A DNA stretch of 64,000 nt from an uncultured Dehalococcoidales bacterium (lineage in GTDB: Bacteria > Chloroflexota > Dehalococcoidia > Dehalococcoidales > UBA5760): the NCBI GenBank assembly GCA_964472625.1, contig CAYYLM010000002.1, positions 9,366-73,365 of the forward strand, in the 5' to 3' direction. Numbering within the stretch: position 1 is the first letter of the stretch; each line of letters starts with the position of its first letter. Under the pieces are notes generated by a model. It was given only the letters and a program-made list of their open reading frames with translations, made no database searches and was not told the origin of the DNA. The position numbers and the translations under genes were made by a program. Positions 1 through 9,461 of this stretch are shown here, piece by piece.

Positions 1-1449
1 CGGGTCATTCCAGAAGTAGAGTGGCATGGAGGGGTAAGGGGTAGTGACCACCAGCTCACCTTTCTGGTTAAGGACTGGCCTACCGTCAGGGTCATAGCAC
101 TTTACGTCTACCCCCAGGCTGGGCCCCTGGAGTTCCCCGGCGTAGACGGGACCAATGGGATTCCCTCCCAGAAAGAGTCCGTTAATGTCGGTGCCTCCGG
201 AAATAGAGGCTAAAAGCACATCCGATTTAATATCCCGGTAGACAAATTCAAAGCTCTCCACAGAAAGGGGTGAGCCCGTGGAGGTGATTGTCTTAAGGCT
301 ACCGAGGTCATATTCCTTCCCTGGCTTAAGGCGGTGCTTTTCCAGTTCAGCGAGGTATCGGGCGCTGGTCCCGAATATGGTTATCTTTTCATCTTGGGTT
401 AGTCGCCACGGTGCCCCGGCGTCGGGATAGAAAGGATTACCATCAAAGAGTACCACCGTGGCTCCCAGAGCAAGGCTGCTTATCAGCCAGGTCCACATCA
501 TCCAGCTCAGGGTAGTAAAGTAGATGATAGTGTCTTCCCGCTTAATATCGATCTGAAGCATTAGCTCTTTCAGATGCACGGCGAGAATCCCGGCGATTCC
601 CTGTACGATGCACTTGGGCAGCCCAGTTGTCCCCGAGGTGTACATGATGTATAAGGGGTGGTCGGGGGGGAGTTGGGCAAACTGGATTTCAAGCCCGGTT
701 TCCTTAGTTAGGAAGTCCTGGTAGTGAACTGAATTGGGAAGCTGGCTAATATCTGGCTCCCTTTCAATATAGGGGATAACCACTACCTTCTGAATAGATG
801 GTATCTCCTTCAAGATGCCAGCCACTCGTTCCAAGGAATCAAATTTCTTCCCGTTGTAGAAGTAGCCATCGGCAGTGAAGAGGACCTCGGGCTTAATTTG
901 CCCAAAGCGGTCCAGAATCCCTTGGGTGCCAAAGTCTGGTGAGCAGGCTGACCAGGTAGCGCCGAGGCTGGTAGCGGCCAGCATGGCAATAGCGGCCTCC
1001 GTCATATTGGGTAGGAACCCGGCTACCCGATCCCCAGGCTTGACTCCGAGCTCACACAGAGACTTGGCCAGACGAGCTACTTGCTCGTAGAGTTCGGCAT
1101 AGGTAGTTCTGACGGCATCACGTCCCTCGCTCTTAAAGATGAGGGCGGTGTGATGGTCACGATAGCGGAGCAGGTTCTCAGCGAAGTTGAGACGGGCACC
1201 GGTAAACCATTTGGCATCCATCATCCGCTTCCCGGGAATCAGAACGTGGTCATAAGTCTTAGAGGCCCTAATCCCGGTAAACTCCCACACCAGCGCCCAG
1301 AAGTGAGCTAGGTTATTTATGGCCCAGTCATTAAGTTCGTTATAGGTGGTGAGCTTTGTCCCGTATCGCTCGTTAACTAGAGCAATGAAACGGGTAAGAT
1401 GAGCCTTTTTCTTACGTCCCTCCGACGGTTCCCAGAGGGGGGCCTTCAT
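1..1449 (-). CDS. Acetoacetate--CoA ligase (acyl-CoA synthetase), 3' end outside window
   Basis: Absent from the ORF track because it runs off the edge. Manual translation from ATG at 1449: MKAPLWEPSEGRKKKAHLTRF..., AMP-binding motif HPLYIMYTSGTTGLPKCIV, later STGSPLS and ASISGGTDI, typical of acetoacetyl-CoA synthetases. Confidence 0.85.
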   Translation of the reverse strand, partial: MKAPLWEPSEGRKKKAHLTRFIALVNERYGTKLTTYNELNDWAINNLAHFWALVWEFTGIRASKTYDHVLIPGKRMMDAKWFTGARLNFAENLLRYRDHHTALIFKSEGRDAVRTTYAELYEQVARLAKSLCELGVKPGDRVAGFLPNMTEAAIAMLAATSLGATWSACSPDFGTQGILDRFGQIKPEVLFTADGYFYNGKKFDSLERVAGILKEIPSIQKVVVIPYIEREPDISQLPNSVHYQDFLTKETGLEIQFAQLPPDHPLYIMYTSGTTGLPKCIVQGIAGILAVHLKELMLQIDIKREDTIIYFTTLSWMMWTWLISSLALGATVVLFDGNPFYPDAGAPWRLTQDEKITIFGTSARYLAELEKHRLKPGKEYDLGSLKTITSTGSPLSVESFEFVYRDIKSDVLLASISGGTDINGLFLGGNPIGPVYAGELQGPSLGVDVKCYDPDGRPVLNQKGELVVTTPYPSMPLYFWNDP

Positions 1450-1820
1450 GCTATCCTTTTCTCCTTAATCCGATTACGGTATTTTTAATGCCCTTCATCT
1501 GTGTGAAAAACTGGATGGGTGAAGTTGAGGGTTAAAAAGTGCCTGAGGCTAAATCATCGACGCTACCCCGATCTTACTCGAGAGCATTCAGTGAGGCTTA
1601 CGTTGGCTAATTATAGGGGACTGGGCAGCAGGTTTGCAACGCCCTAATCTGTAGTTCGGCGGATACTTAGAGGATGGGGATATTACTCCGACTAGTGGCT
1701 ATAGCGAGGCGATTGGGGAAAATGCTAGAATAAACTGGTTGCTGATGGATGAGAGAGGGTAGATTTCTATCGCTGGAACAATCGGATGCAGGTTCTTAAC
1801 AAACGTCAGGAGGTTATAGC

Positions 1821-2342
1821 ATGACAACAGGCGAAGAGCGCATAAAAAGGGCCAAGAGAAAAGCACTTGAGTATGACGTAGGTTACTCTGGTTGTTCTCA
1901 GAGTGTTTTGGGGGCTCTCCAGGAAGAGTTTGGTATCGGAAACAGGGAATCGTTCAAAGCAAGTACTGTGCTCTCCGGGGGGATCGCTCGCCAAGGGGAA
2001 ACTTGCGGGGCTATCATAGGTGCCCTCTCAGCGTTAGGTTTAGTTATCGGACGTAACCGCATCGAAGATACCGAAGCCTATCGAGCGATGCTAGATCCTT
2101 CCACGGAACTACGTGCCAGATTTATGAAAGAAATCAAAAAGCAGTTTGAACTCAGCGAAGACTTAGAAGACACACTATGTCGTCATATTCAAGAGAGAGT
2201 TTTCGGTCGGTCTTTTAACCTAGCAAATGAAAGGGACTTCCAGGCCTTCTTGGATGCCGGTGGTCATAGCGAGTTTGGGTGTCCTAAGGTATGTGGAATA
2301 GCTGCTGAAGTTGCTGCTGAAAAAATATTAGAGCTTATCTAA
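1821..2342 (+). CDS. C-GCAxxG-C-C family putative redox protein
   Basis: GCSQSV, GETCGAIIGA, LCRHI and CPKVC motifs; GGAGG ribosome-binding site upstream. Confidence 0.75.
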   Translation: MTTGEERIKRAKRKALEYDVGYSGCSQSVLGALQEEFGIGNRESFKASTVLSGGIARQGETCGAIIGALSALGLVIGRNRIEDTEAYRAMLDPSTELRARFMKEIKKQFELSEDLEDTLCRHIQERVFGRSFNLANERDFQAFLDAGGHSEFGCPKVCGIAAEVAAEKILELI

Positions 2343-2490
2343 ATACTCGACCACCGTCCACTTTAGGGTAGCCTCGGTAACCAGCGAAGCCTCGTCAGCG
2401 GTCAGATATAGCATCGCATAGGCTATATCCTATGGAGTAGCTAGGCCTGCCTGAGGGAATGGTGGCGATGAGCCTTTTTGCTTTCCTATT
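2341..2490 (-). pseudogene. Decayed C-terminal fragment of a short-chain dehydrogenase/reductase
   Basis: Minus strand reads IATIPSGR/LATP*DIAYAMLYLTADEASLVTEATL/VDGGRVF with two 1-nt frameshifts and an in-frame TAG. This matches the SDR C-terminal pattern IPxGRxxTPEDIAxxxLYLASDEASxVTGxxLxVDGG. Confidence 0.6.
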
Positions 2491-2539
2491 GAACGATAAT
2501 TAAAAAGTGGCTGGTAGCGGCGGCTGCCATTTTACTATC

Positions 2540-3694
2540 TCACCAGGCATTTATCCAAATCTGCCTGACATCCTCTAGCGTGAATTGCTTTGAGTTAACC
2601 TCTAGAAGCCGGGTGATGTCCATGGTGGCTATCGCCATTTCTTCAAGGGCGTCTTGGGGCACCCCTAGGTCTCGCAGGTGTAGAGGAATACCGACATCTG
2701 CTATCAGGCTCTTAACTGCGGCCACGCCTTGTTGCGCGGCTTCTTGGTGAGAAAGCCCTGGCGTCTTTACCCCCAGCATCTGAGCGACGATGGCGTATTT
2801 ATGAAGATTAGCTTCCAAGCTGGCCTGCGTGACATAGGGCAGTAAAATGCTATTGGCTACCCCGTGAGGCACGTGAAAGCGTGAGCCTAGCGGATAGGCA
2901 AGGGCGTGTACCGCAGCGACGCTGGTATTGGCGAAGGTGATACCAGCCAGCAGAGCTCCTTCGGCCATACGATTACGTGCCTCCCTGTCGGCGCCATTCT
3001 TGACCGCGGTTCGGAGGTTACCTGAGATGAGCCTCATTGCTTCCAGGGCTAGGGCATCGCAGAAGTTGTTGGCCTTCTTACAGGTATAGCCTTCAATGGC
3101 ATGGGTGAGAGCGTCTATTCCGGTGGCCGCTGTAAGCTGGGGTGGGCAGCGGTAGGTAAAGGTGGGGTCTATAATGGCCACTCGGGCGAGTAGGTGAGTG
3201 CTTATCATGGCTAGTTTAAGCCCCTTTTCCGGGTCACCAAAGACGGCGTGCTTGGTTGCCTCACTACCGGTTCCCGCTGTGGTCGGTATGGTAAAGATGG
3301 GGACTCCTGGACCGGGGACGTTATCGGTGCCGATATAATCTTCACCCCTGCCGCCGTGAGCCAGGAGAATAGAGAGCCCCTTAGTGGTATCTAGGCTTGA
3401 GCCACCACCAACGCCTACCAATAGGTCGTAGCTTTCCTTACGGAGCTCCCCGGCGATAGCATTTAGCCGGGGTAGAGTGGGTTCCGGCTCTGCCTCGGAA
3501 AAAATGTCCACTGAGATATTAGCCTGTGACAGCAGCTCCTTTACCGGCTCAACCAGCCCTGCCTGGTAAACCCCGGCATCGGTAACAATGAGAGCACGCC
3601 TGGCACCCAGCTGGCGAGCCTCATCCTTGATTAGATTGACTGAGCCTACCCCGAAGTAGACCTTCCCCGGTAGCGTAACCTGATAGGTATCCAT
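2540..3694 (-). CDS. Iron-containing alcohol dehydrogenase
   Basis: GGGSSLD, IPTTAGTGSEAT, DALTHAIE, HALAYPLG and HGVAN metal-binding motifs. Confidence 0.92.
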   Translation of the reverse strand: MDTYQVTLPGKVYFGVGSVNLIKDEARQLGARRALIVTDAGVYQAGLVEPVKELLSQANISVDIFSEAEPEPTLPRLNAIAGELRKESYDLLVGVGGGSSLDTTKGLSILLAHGGRGEDYIGTDNVPGPGVPIFTIPTTAGTGSEATKHAVFGDPEKGLKLAMISTHLLARVAIIDPTFTYRCPPQLTAATGIDALTHAIEGYTCKKANNFCDALALEAMRLISGNLRTAVKNGADREARNRMAEGALLAGITFANTSVAAVHALAYPLGSRFHVPHGVANSILLPYVTQASLEANLHKYAIVAQMLGVKTPGLSHQEAAQQGVAAVKSLIADVGIPLHLRDLGVPQDALEEMAIATMDITRLLEVNSKQFTLEDVRQIWINAW

Positions 3695-3863
3695 AGATGT
3701 AATATCCTTGTCTTTTTTACATTCTCTGGCATTATACTATTAGCATAAACCCAATTCAAGGGGTGCTCAGGCTGTCATAAGGCTTTCGGGTAGCGAAGCT
3801 GGCTTTATGGTTGTCAGGCCTGGTCTCAAATAGTTAGTATTAAGTTGTGTGGTGGTAGGGGGG

Positions 3864-3892
3864 TTGCAAAGTGATTAGTTTGCGGCTAAAAT
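3864..3892 (+). promoter_or_regulatory. Sigma70-type promoter
   Basis: TTGCAA-17 bp-TAAAAT upstream of ORF 3940. Confidence 0.55.
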
Positions 3893-3939
3893 GAGACACT
3901 TTAAAGATTAAACCGATTCGTCAGACGGAGGTAAATCTA

Positions 3940-4296
3940 ATGCTAAGATCGTGGAAATCAATAACGGCAGGTGTCATGAGCATAATCTCTGGGATAATAG
4001 GAATCGGTGGCGGTGCTATTGTTAGCCTTATGGGTGATTTTGTCAGTGAATCGGGAGGTATATTCGGGTTTGAGCCGTTTGGTGTCCCCACGATTATTCT
4101 CGGGATAGTGGCCGTTGTGGGTGGTATCTTTGCCTTAAGGAGGCGGGTATGGTGGCTGGCGGTTATCGGTGCCATCTTTGCCATGCCCTGTATGCCGGTT
4201 TTAGGAACACTGTCGATCATCTTTGTTACCCTGGCAGACCAGGAGTTTGTATCATCTTCAGGAAGTGCTGCTGAGAGTGAACAGCCGCTTGAGTGA
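3940..4296 (+). CDS. Small multi-pass membrane protein, paralog 1
   Basis: Hydrophobic, Gly-rich helices; WKSITAGVMSIISG...GGIFALRRRVWWLA...IIFVTLADQEF aligns with the next ORF. Confidence 0.8.
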   Translation: MLRSWKSITAGVMSIISGIIGIGGGAIVSLMGDFVSESGGIFGFEPFGVPTIILGIVAVVGGIFALRRRVWWLAVIGAIFAMPCMPVLGTLSIIFVTLADQEFVSSSGSAAESEQPLE

Positions 4297-4316
4297 AATT
4301 TGGGGTAAAAAACCTA

Positions 4317-4345
4317 TTGCACGTGGTCTAAAAATGGTGTAAAGT
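4317..4345 (+). promoter_or_regulatory. Sigma70-type promoter
   Basis: TTGCAC-17 bp-TAAAGT upstream of ORF 4380. Confidence 0.5.
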
Positions 4346-4379
4346 AGCGCCAGACTATCTAGAGAAGGAGGTAGTTCTG

Positions 4380-4793
4380 ATGGAACGAACTTGGAAACCA
4401 ACCACGGCGGGTATCATGACTATCATTACCGGGGCGATGGGTATTGTGGGAGGAATCTTCTTATTCCTTTTATCTGGTTTGGTGGGGGCGCTAGGTGGTG
4501 TCGACTGGAGTCAATGGGTAGATAAGTGGAGCGGTGAGTGGTGGGGGCCCGGCGCAGCTGATATTCCTGGTATGATGAGTGAAGTAATAGGTATCGGGAC
4601 AACCGTTTTCCTGATTGCCGGTATCGTGGTCCTTGTCTTTGGCATAATCGCCTTGTGTGGTGGTATCAGCGCTATAAAGCGGAGGCGCTGGGGATTATCG
4701 CTGGCTGGCTCCATTCTATCCCTTTTCATCATGCCGATTCTTGGACTATTGGCTATTATCTTTGTCTCTCTGGGCAAGGGAGAATTTGAATAG
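4380..4793 (+). CDS. Small multi-pass membrane protein, paralog 2
   Basis: WKPTTAGIMTIITG...GGISAIKRRRWGLS...IIFVSLGKGEFE; AAGGAGG ribosome-binding site. Confidence 0.8.
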   Translation: MERTWKPTTAGIMTIITGAMGIVGGIFLFLLSGLVGALGGVDWSQWVDKWSGEWWGPGAADIPGMMSEVIGIGTTVFLIAGIVVLVFGIIALCGGISAIKRRRWGLSLAGSILSLFIMPILGLLAIIFVSLGKGEFE

Positions 4794-4910
4794 CCCGCTA
4801 AAGAGGTAGTAGCTACTGGATTAGTGGCTTCTAAATGCTGAAGCCTTGAAGGGTCTTTGGTATAGCTCTAGACATCATTGCGGTGAGGTCAGGGTTGTGC
4901 TTGGTTTAGT

Positions 4911-4942
4911 AGGGGGTGGGTAGTCCCACCCCCTCTATTTTT
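4911..4942 (+). terminator. Rho-independent terminator
   Basis: AGGGGGTGGG-TAGT-CCCACCCCCT perfect 10-bp stem followed by CTATTTTT. Confidence 0.75.
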
Positions 4943-5205
4943 ATCGTCCCTCAGTCAGCGAGCACTTGTCGCGCTGAAATAAGCCGGTTTACCATTACGG
5001 TGAGTTATGGAAGATAAGCTATCTTTCATATCCCATTCAGTAGACTGCGTACGGTAGTTTTGCTGAGGCACCTGTGATAAAATAACGGCATGCCCGATGG
5101 GATGCGCTTTGCCTTCTGGGGGCGAGACAAGTAGCCCAGGCGTTGCGTTAGGTGCTTAGTTCGGCTAACGTTTTTGGATTGTAGTTCCTAGCTAACCTGA
5201 CTTTA

Positions 5206-5290
5206 GGGGGAGTGCCGGAATTGGCAGACGGGCGCGGCTTAGGACCGCGTGCCGCAAGGCGTGGGGGTTCGAGTCCCCCCTTCCCCACCA
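5206..5290 (+). tRNA. tRNA-Leu(TAG)
   Basis: Acceptor GGGGGAG/CTTCCCC, anticodon arm CGCGG-CTTAGGA-CCGCG, long variable arm GCC-GCAA-GGC, GTTCGAGTC T-loop, encoded CCA. Confidence 0.95.
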
Positions 5291-5380
5291 GGGGTTACCA
5301 TAGGCAGAACTCCCTTAGTGATGAAGTGGAATGTCTATCTCGTGTTCGAGTAACCAGCCGGTTAAGGAAGGGACCTTAGG

Positions 5381-6361
5381 ATGAATATTCTGGTTACCGG
5401 CGGAGCAGGATATGTCGGTAGCATCGTCGCTGAAAAGCTTCTGGGTAGGGACCATAGGGTTATCGTCCTAGATAATCTTCAGCAGGGGCATAGGGAGGCA
5501 GTCCCGCCTGAAGCCGAATTTCACTTGGCTGATATCTGTGATGCTCAGGCTATTGAGGATGTTTTTCGCCACACTAAGATTGATGCGGTAATGCATCTGG
5601 CTGCGGAGACAGCGGTAGCATATTCTGTCACTGACCCTAAGCGATACTTTAAGAATAATGTCGTCGGTGGCCTAAACCTCCTTGATGTGATGTTGAAGTA
5701 TGAGACCAATAAACTTGTCTTTTCCTCGAGCGCATCTGTTTACGGGCAGCCTAGTGCCACACGGGTTAGTGAACACCGGGCTAAGGCCCCACTGAATAGC
5801 TATGGTGAGTCCAAGCTAATGTTCGAGCGTATCCTAGGCTGGTATGGGAAGGCATCTGGACTCAAGCATATCTCCCTGAGGTATTTCAATGCCGCGGGAG
5901 CCAGTGAGCGCCTTGGGGAAGACCACCATCCGGAAACCCACCTCATCCCCAATGTCCTTAAGGCGGCTCAGGACAAGATGAGGCCAGTAGCCATATTTGG
6001 CACGGACTATCCCACCGAGGACGGGAGCTGTATTCGAGATTACGTTCATGTAGTGGACATCGCCCAAGCTCACATTCTAGCTCTGGGAAGAGTTGAGGAG
6101 CTGGGTGGCCGGGTCTACAACCTGGGTAGTGGTGAGGGGCATTCAGTATTTGAGGTGGTGGCCACAGCTAGGAAGGTCACCAAGCGAGACATCCCGCTGA
6201 AAATCTGCCCCCGGCGCTCTGGAGATCCGGCCGTTCTGGTAGCCAACTCAAGGCGGGCTAAGTCTGAATTAGGCTGGGAGCCAGCATTTCCTGACCTTGA
6301 GAGCATCATTGACAGCGCCTGGAGGTGGACGAAGCAGCATCCCAAGGGCTACGGGTGTTGA
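5381..6361 (+). CDS. galE: UDP-glucose 4-epimerase
   Basis: TGGAGYVGS, FSSSASVYG, YGESK (YxxxK), LRYFNAAGA, IRDYVHVVDIA. Confidence 0.93.
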   Translation: MNILVTGGAGYVGSIVAEKLLGRDHRVIVLDNLQQGHREAVPPEAEFHLADICDAQAIEDVFRHTKIDAVMHLAAETAVAYSVTDPKRYFKNNVVGGLNLLDVMLKYETNKLVFSSSASVYGQPSATRVSEHRAKAPLNSYGESKLMFERILGWYGKASGLKHISLRYFNAAGASERLGEDHHPETHLIPNVLKAAQDKMRPVAIFGTDYPTEDGSCIRDYVHVVDIAQAHILALGRVEELGGRVYNLGSGEGHSVFEVVATARKVTKRDIPLKICPRRSGDPAVLVANSRRAKSELGWEPAFPDLESIIDSAWRWTKQHPKGYGC

Positions 6362-6400
6362 CTTCGCGTAGTATAATATGCAACATAGGCACTAAAAACT

Positions 6401-6808
6401 GTGAGAGAGCGCAGAATGAGAATACCGGGTAAAATAACCATCTTACTTGCGGTTACTATCCTTGGCTTAGTGCCTCTGGTAGCCTGCGCCGAAGTGCAGT
6501 ACCAGCCTGAGGAAGTGCCGTCGGCTCCGCCAGCTGAGAGGTTGCCGATTCTCAACCTCAGTATGGTGCAGGACGAGCTGGGCTTTGTCATAATCAGAGG
6601 AACAGCCGAGAATATTAACCCCACCAGTTCTAGTTATGTTGAAGTCAGGGTGATGTTTTATGATGCCGAGGGGGTACTTCTTGATACCTTCCGGGATAAT
6701 ATAAGCAACCTGGGCCCGGGGGAAAGTTGGGATTTCGAGATCTTGTGTCCTGGCATCGATACTGATGGGGTTAAAAGGTATGAAGTTGTCGCCAGCTCAG
6801 CCTGGTAG
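6401..6808 (+). CDS. Secreted/lipoprotein with FxLYD-like domain
   Basis: Signal peptide with LVAC lipobox; VRVMFYDAEG...ISNLGPGESWDFEI pattern. True start may be ATG 6416. Confidence 0.65.
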   Translation: MRERRMRIPGKITILLAVTILGLVPLVACAEVQYQPEEVPSAPPAERLPILNLSMVQDELGFVIIRGTAENINPTSSSYVEVRVMFYDAEGVLLDTFRDNISNLGPGESWDFEILCPGIDTDGVKRYEVVASSAW

Positions 6809-6837
6809 CCAGTGCGGCAATTTGCGGCTGGTAGGTC

Positions 6838-8412
6838 TTATCTGTCAGGGTCGGCCCCTCCGTAGGTCAGGATGACTATGGTTTCATTGGTAAAACTGAT
6901 CTTAAAACCGGCGGCAAATAGGTCAGTAAGCGGGTTTTCCAGCGTCCCTCTATGTAGTAGCAGGAATTTAACCTGATATGCCTCTGCCAGACGGCGCAGT
7001 TCTTCGGGTTCGGCATCCGGTGACAGGAAGCGGTGAGCAATCTCGGCCTGAGCCCGCTCGTCACGGAAGGAAAGCCAGCGGGTGTCCACCGCCAGATAGG
7101 TGGGCAGCCGGGTATAGCCTTCCACCCACCAGCCGAGGATACCGCCGCGCGGCGTCTCGTTGGCGATAACCCGGTCCCCTGGAGTTCCGTGGCTTTGGAG
7201 CCAGTCTAGGGCAGCCAGTACCGGTCCGTCGACAACCTGGTAATGATTGAAGGCCCGCTCAGCCTGCTGCCCGCCAAGCACGAGCACGCTAGTCAGGGCG
7301 CTAACTATAACGGTGATGGTCAGGATGCGTATTGCCCGCTTTCCCAGCCTTGCCAGCCGGGAAAATGTTTCTTTATTCATGAGGATCGCAACGGCGACAC
7401 CAATCGAGAGTGTTAGCCCGACCTGCAGCAGGTGAGCCGACCTTATTTCGTGTATCGCTGCGAAGGTCAATATCGAGGAGATGCCGAGGGTTGCTGCCGC
7501 ATCGGCCAGGAGAAGGCGGCGCCTCTTCAAAACTGCCCAGCCAGTAAAAGCGCCCCCGGTCACCGCTATCGCCACCCACAGGTGGAGTTCGCCGTACCAG
7601 GAATCGGGATTGGCTAGGGTTCTCAGCAGGCTAAACTGCTGAGGGTTAAAGGGATTACTGGCTAGCAGAGTAACTGTCCTCAGGTAGACAGGAATGACTA
7701 AAGCCAATAGCGTGCCAGCAGTCACTAGGCATGCCACGTGCCGTCGGCTCAGGTGGCATCTTGGTAGCAGGGAGTGGGACCCCCGGTTCTCGTAGACACG
7801 GACTATCAGCAGGACACCCAGGGCTAGCGCTAACTGGATAGCGGCTAGGGTGTGCGTTGCCACCGTAGCCACGGTGGAGAAGGCGAAGCCCACCAAAAAC
7901 CAGACCCGGCCGGTACGTAGCCCCTGGAGCAGCAGGTAGATAGAGAGCACCAGGAAGGCAGCCCCCAGTAGTTGTGGGTAGCCTCCCCAGGCGAGCACCT
8001 CGTTGTGGTAACCCATGGCCGGTATGGCCGCCGCCAGCAGGGCGGCGAGCCAGGGATTCATCGATGTTCTAAGTAGGAGATAGGACGGGATGCTTAAGCA
8101 GGCGGCGGCTACCAGTCCCAGCACCTTCAGGGCAGTCAGCGGAGGCAGGAGGTAGAGAGTGCCGCGGAGCATCACCAGAAATAGCGGTGGGTAGGCCACC
8201 TCTGCCGCCTTGACGTGGTTGCCGAAGAGTTCAAGACTAAGGGCAAGCCAGTTGCCCCCATCGGGACCTGGCGGAGCTACCTCGGCACTCAGCATTATCC
8301 AATGGTGCAGGCTTAAGGCAGCCACTAGTCCGATGAGCAGTATAATGCTACCGGCGGTGGGTGAGATAAACTTACCGACTCTGGGCCATTTAATGTTGGC
8401 GAGCTCGGTCAT
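6838..8412 (-). CDS. Polytopic membrane protein, putative GT-C-fold glycosyltransferase
   Basis: About 12 TM helices, first loop PPGPDGGNW, YPPLF, WGGYPQ, THTLA, and a C-terminal soluble domain, in a glycosyltransferase cluster. Confidence 0.55.
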   Translation of the reverse strand: MTELANIKWPRVGKFISPTAGSIILLIGLVAALSLHHWIMLSAEVAPPGPDGGNWLALSLELFGNHVKAAEVAYPPLFLVMLRGTLYLLPPLTALKVLGLVAAACLSIPSYLLLRTSMNPWLAALLAAAIPAMGYHNEVLAWGGYPQLLGAAFLVLSIYLLLQGLRTGRVWFLVGFAFSTVATVATHTLAAIQLALALGVLLIVRVYENRGSHSLLPRCHLSRRHVACLVTAGTLLALVIPVYLRTVTLLASNPFNPQQFSLLRTLANPDSWYGELHLWVAIAVTGGAFTGWAVLKRRRLLLADAAATLGISSILTFAAIHEIRSAHLLQVGLTLSIGVAVAILMNKETFSRLARLGKRAIRILTITVIVSALTSVLVLGGQQAERAFNHYQVVDGPVLAALDWLQSHGTPGDRVIANETPRGGILGWWVEGYTRLPTYLAVDTRWLSFRDERAQAEIAHRFLSPDAEPEELRRLAEAYQVKFLLLHRGTLENPLTDLFAAGFKISFTNETIVILTYGGADPDR

Positions 8413-8417
8413 CCAAG

Positions 8418-9461
8418 CTAAGTCCCTTCTTGAGAGCGCCGGAGTATCTCTTCCATCAGGGCAACCACCTGCCAGCCGTCCTGCGCTCGCGTTGGGGGTT
8501 GCCTGCCATCTGATACCGCATCCAAAAACTGGCCTATCAGCCGGTCATGGCCGTAGGACAGCTGACCACATGTCGCGTGTAGGCCGGAGGTGCTAATCCC
8601 TCTCCACAAGCGGAGGGTACCCAACAGTGACATTTTTAAGACATCGCGTGCCCGATGAGCCTGCTCCGGGGGTAAATGGATGAGGATATCACGAAACAGG
8701 TCCAGTATTAACACTGCCCGGGAGCAGAACAGGATAAGTAGCCATTCCGAAAAGGGCGCCCCAAACCACATGGTCAGGTAACCGTCGCCGCAGGCCCCCT
8801 GCAAACGAGCCTCAGTTCGTGCTGCCCCTGGTGGCAAGTCCCGGGCGCCACTCATGTGCCAGGCCTGCTCTACTCTCAGTTCCCCCAGAAAATACCGCAT
8901 CAGGTAGAGAAAGTGAGGTGCCTCGTCGAAGAAGAGCCCCCCGGGCAGGTCGTTAAACCAGGTGGGCAGACGCCTCCGTGAGCTACTTAACTGGATTCCC
9001 ATCACCCAGTGCACCTTGCCAACCTTACCGCTCTCAAGCAGGGACTTTGCCTTCTCCAGTGACCGGGAGAAGAGGAAGTTGTGGGCCGGGCATAGTATCA
9101 CCCCGGCGCTACCGGCCAGTGCTTCCAAAGCCTGGCCCTCCCCAGAGGTCAGCGTCATCGGTTTTTCCACCAGCACGTGTTTACCGGCCCGGATAGCGGC
9201 CTCGACCAGCCAGGCGTGTGTCCCCGGCGGGGTGCACACGGAGACCACGTCCAGTGGTTCCTCGAGGAACTTCTCGAGGCTGGTGAAAGACCGGGAAATC
9301 CGGAATCGCCGGGCAACAGATTCGGTGCTAGTTGGCTCACGACCCAGAATTGCACTGAGGGTAGCTCGGCTATCCCGCTTAAAAGCGGGGATGTGACGCT
9401 TGAGCGCTACCCATCCTGTCCCTACAATACCCACCCGCACCCGTTTCTGTACATCATCCAC
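8418..9461 (-). CDS. Gfo/Idh/MocA family oxidoreductase
   Basis: VGIVGTGWVA Rossmann start, CTPPGTH, HVLVEKP motif. Confidence 0.88.
   Translation of the reverse strand: MDDVQKRVRVGIVGTGWVALKRHIPAFKRDSRATLSAILGREPTSTESVARRFRISRSFTSLEKFLEEPLDVVSVCTPPGTHAWLVEAAIRAGKHVLVEKPMTLTSGEGQALEALAGSAGVILCPAHNFLFSRSLEKAKSLLESGKVGKVHWVMGIQLSSSRRRLPTWFNDLPGGLFFDEAPHFLYLMRYFLGELRVEQAWHMSGARDLPPGAARTEARLQGACGDGYLTMWFGAPFSEWLLILFCSRAVLILDLFRDILIHLPPEQAHRARDVLKMSLLGTLRLWRGISTSGLHATCGQLSYGHDRLIGQFLDAVSDGRQPPTRAQDGWQVVALMEEILRRSQEGT

Noticed and set aside
1450-1620. Riboswitch in the ~155-nt leader of the acetoacetate-CoA ligase gene
   Set aside because: No recognisable aptamer core or terminator/anti-terminator could be supported by eye.
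4794-5205. ncRNA upstream of tRNA-Leu
   Set aside because: Apart from the terminator, no convincing extended structure or family motif was found.
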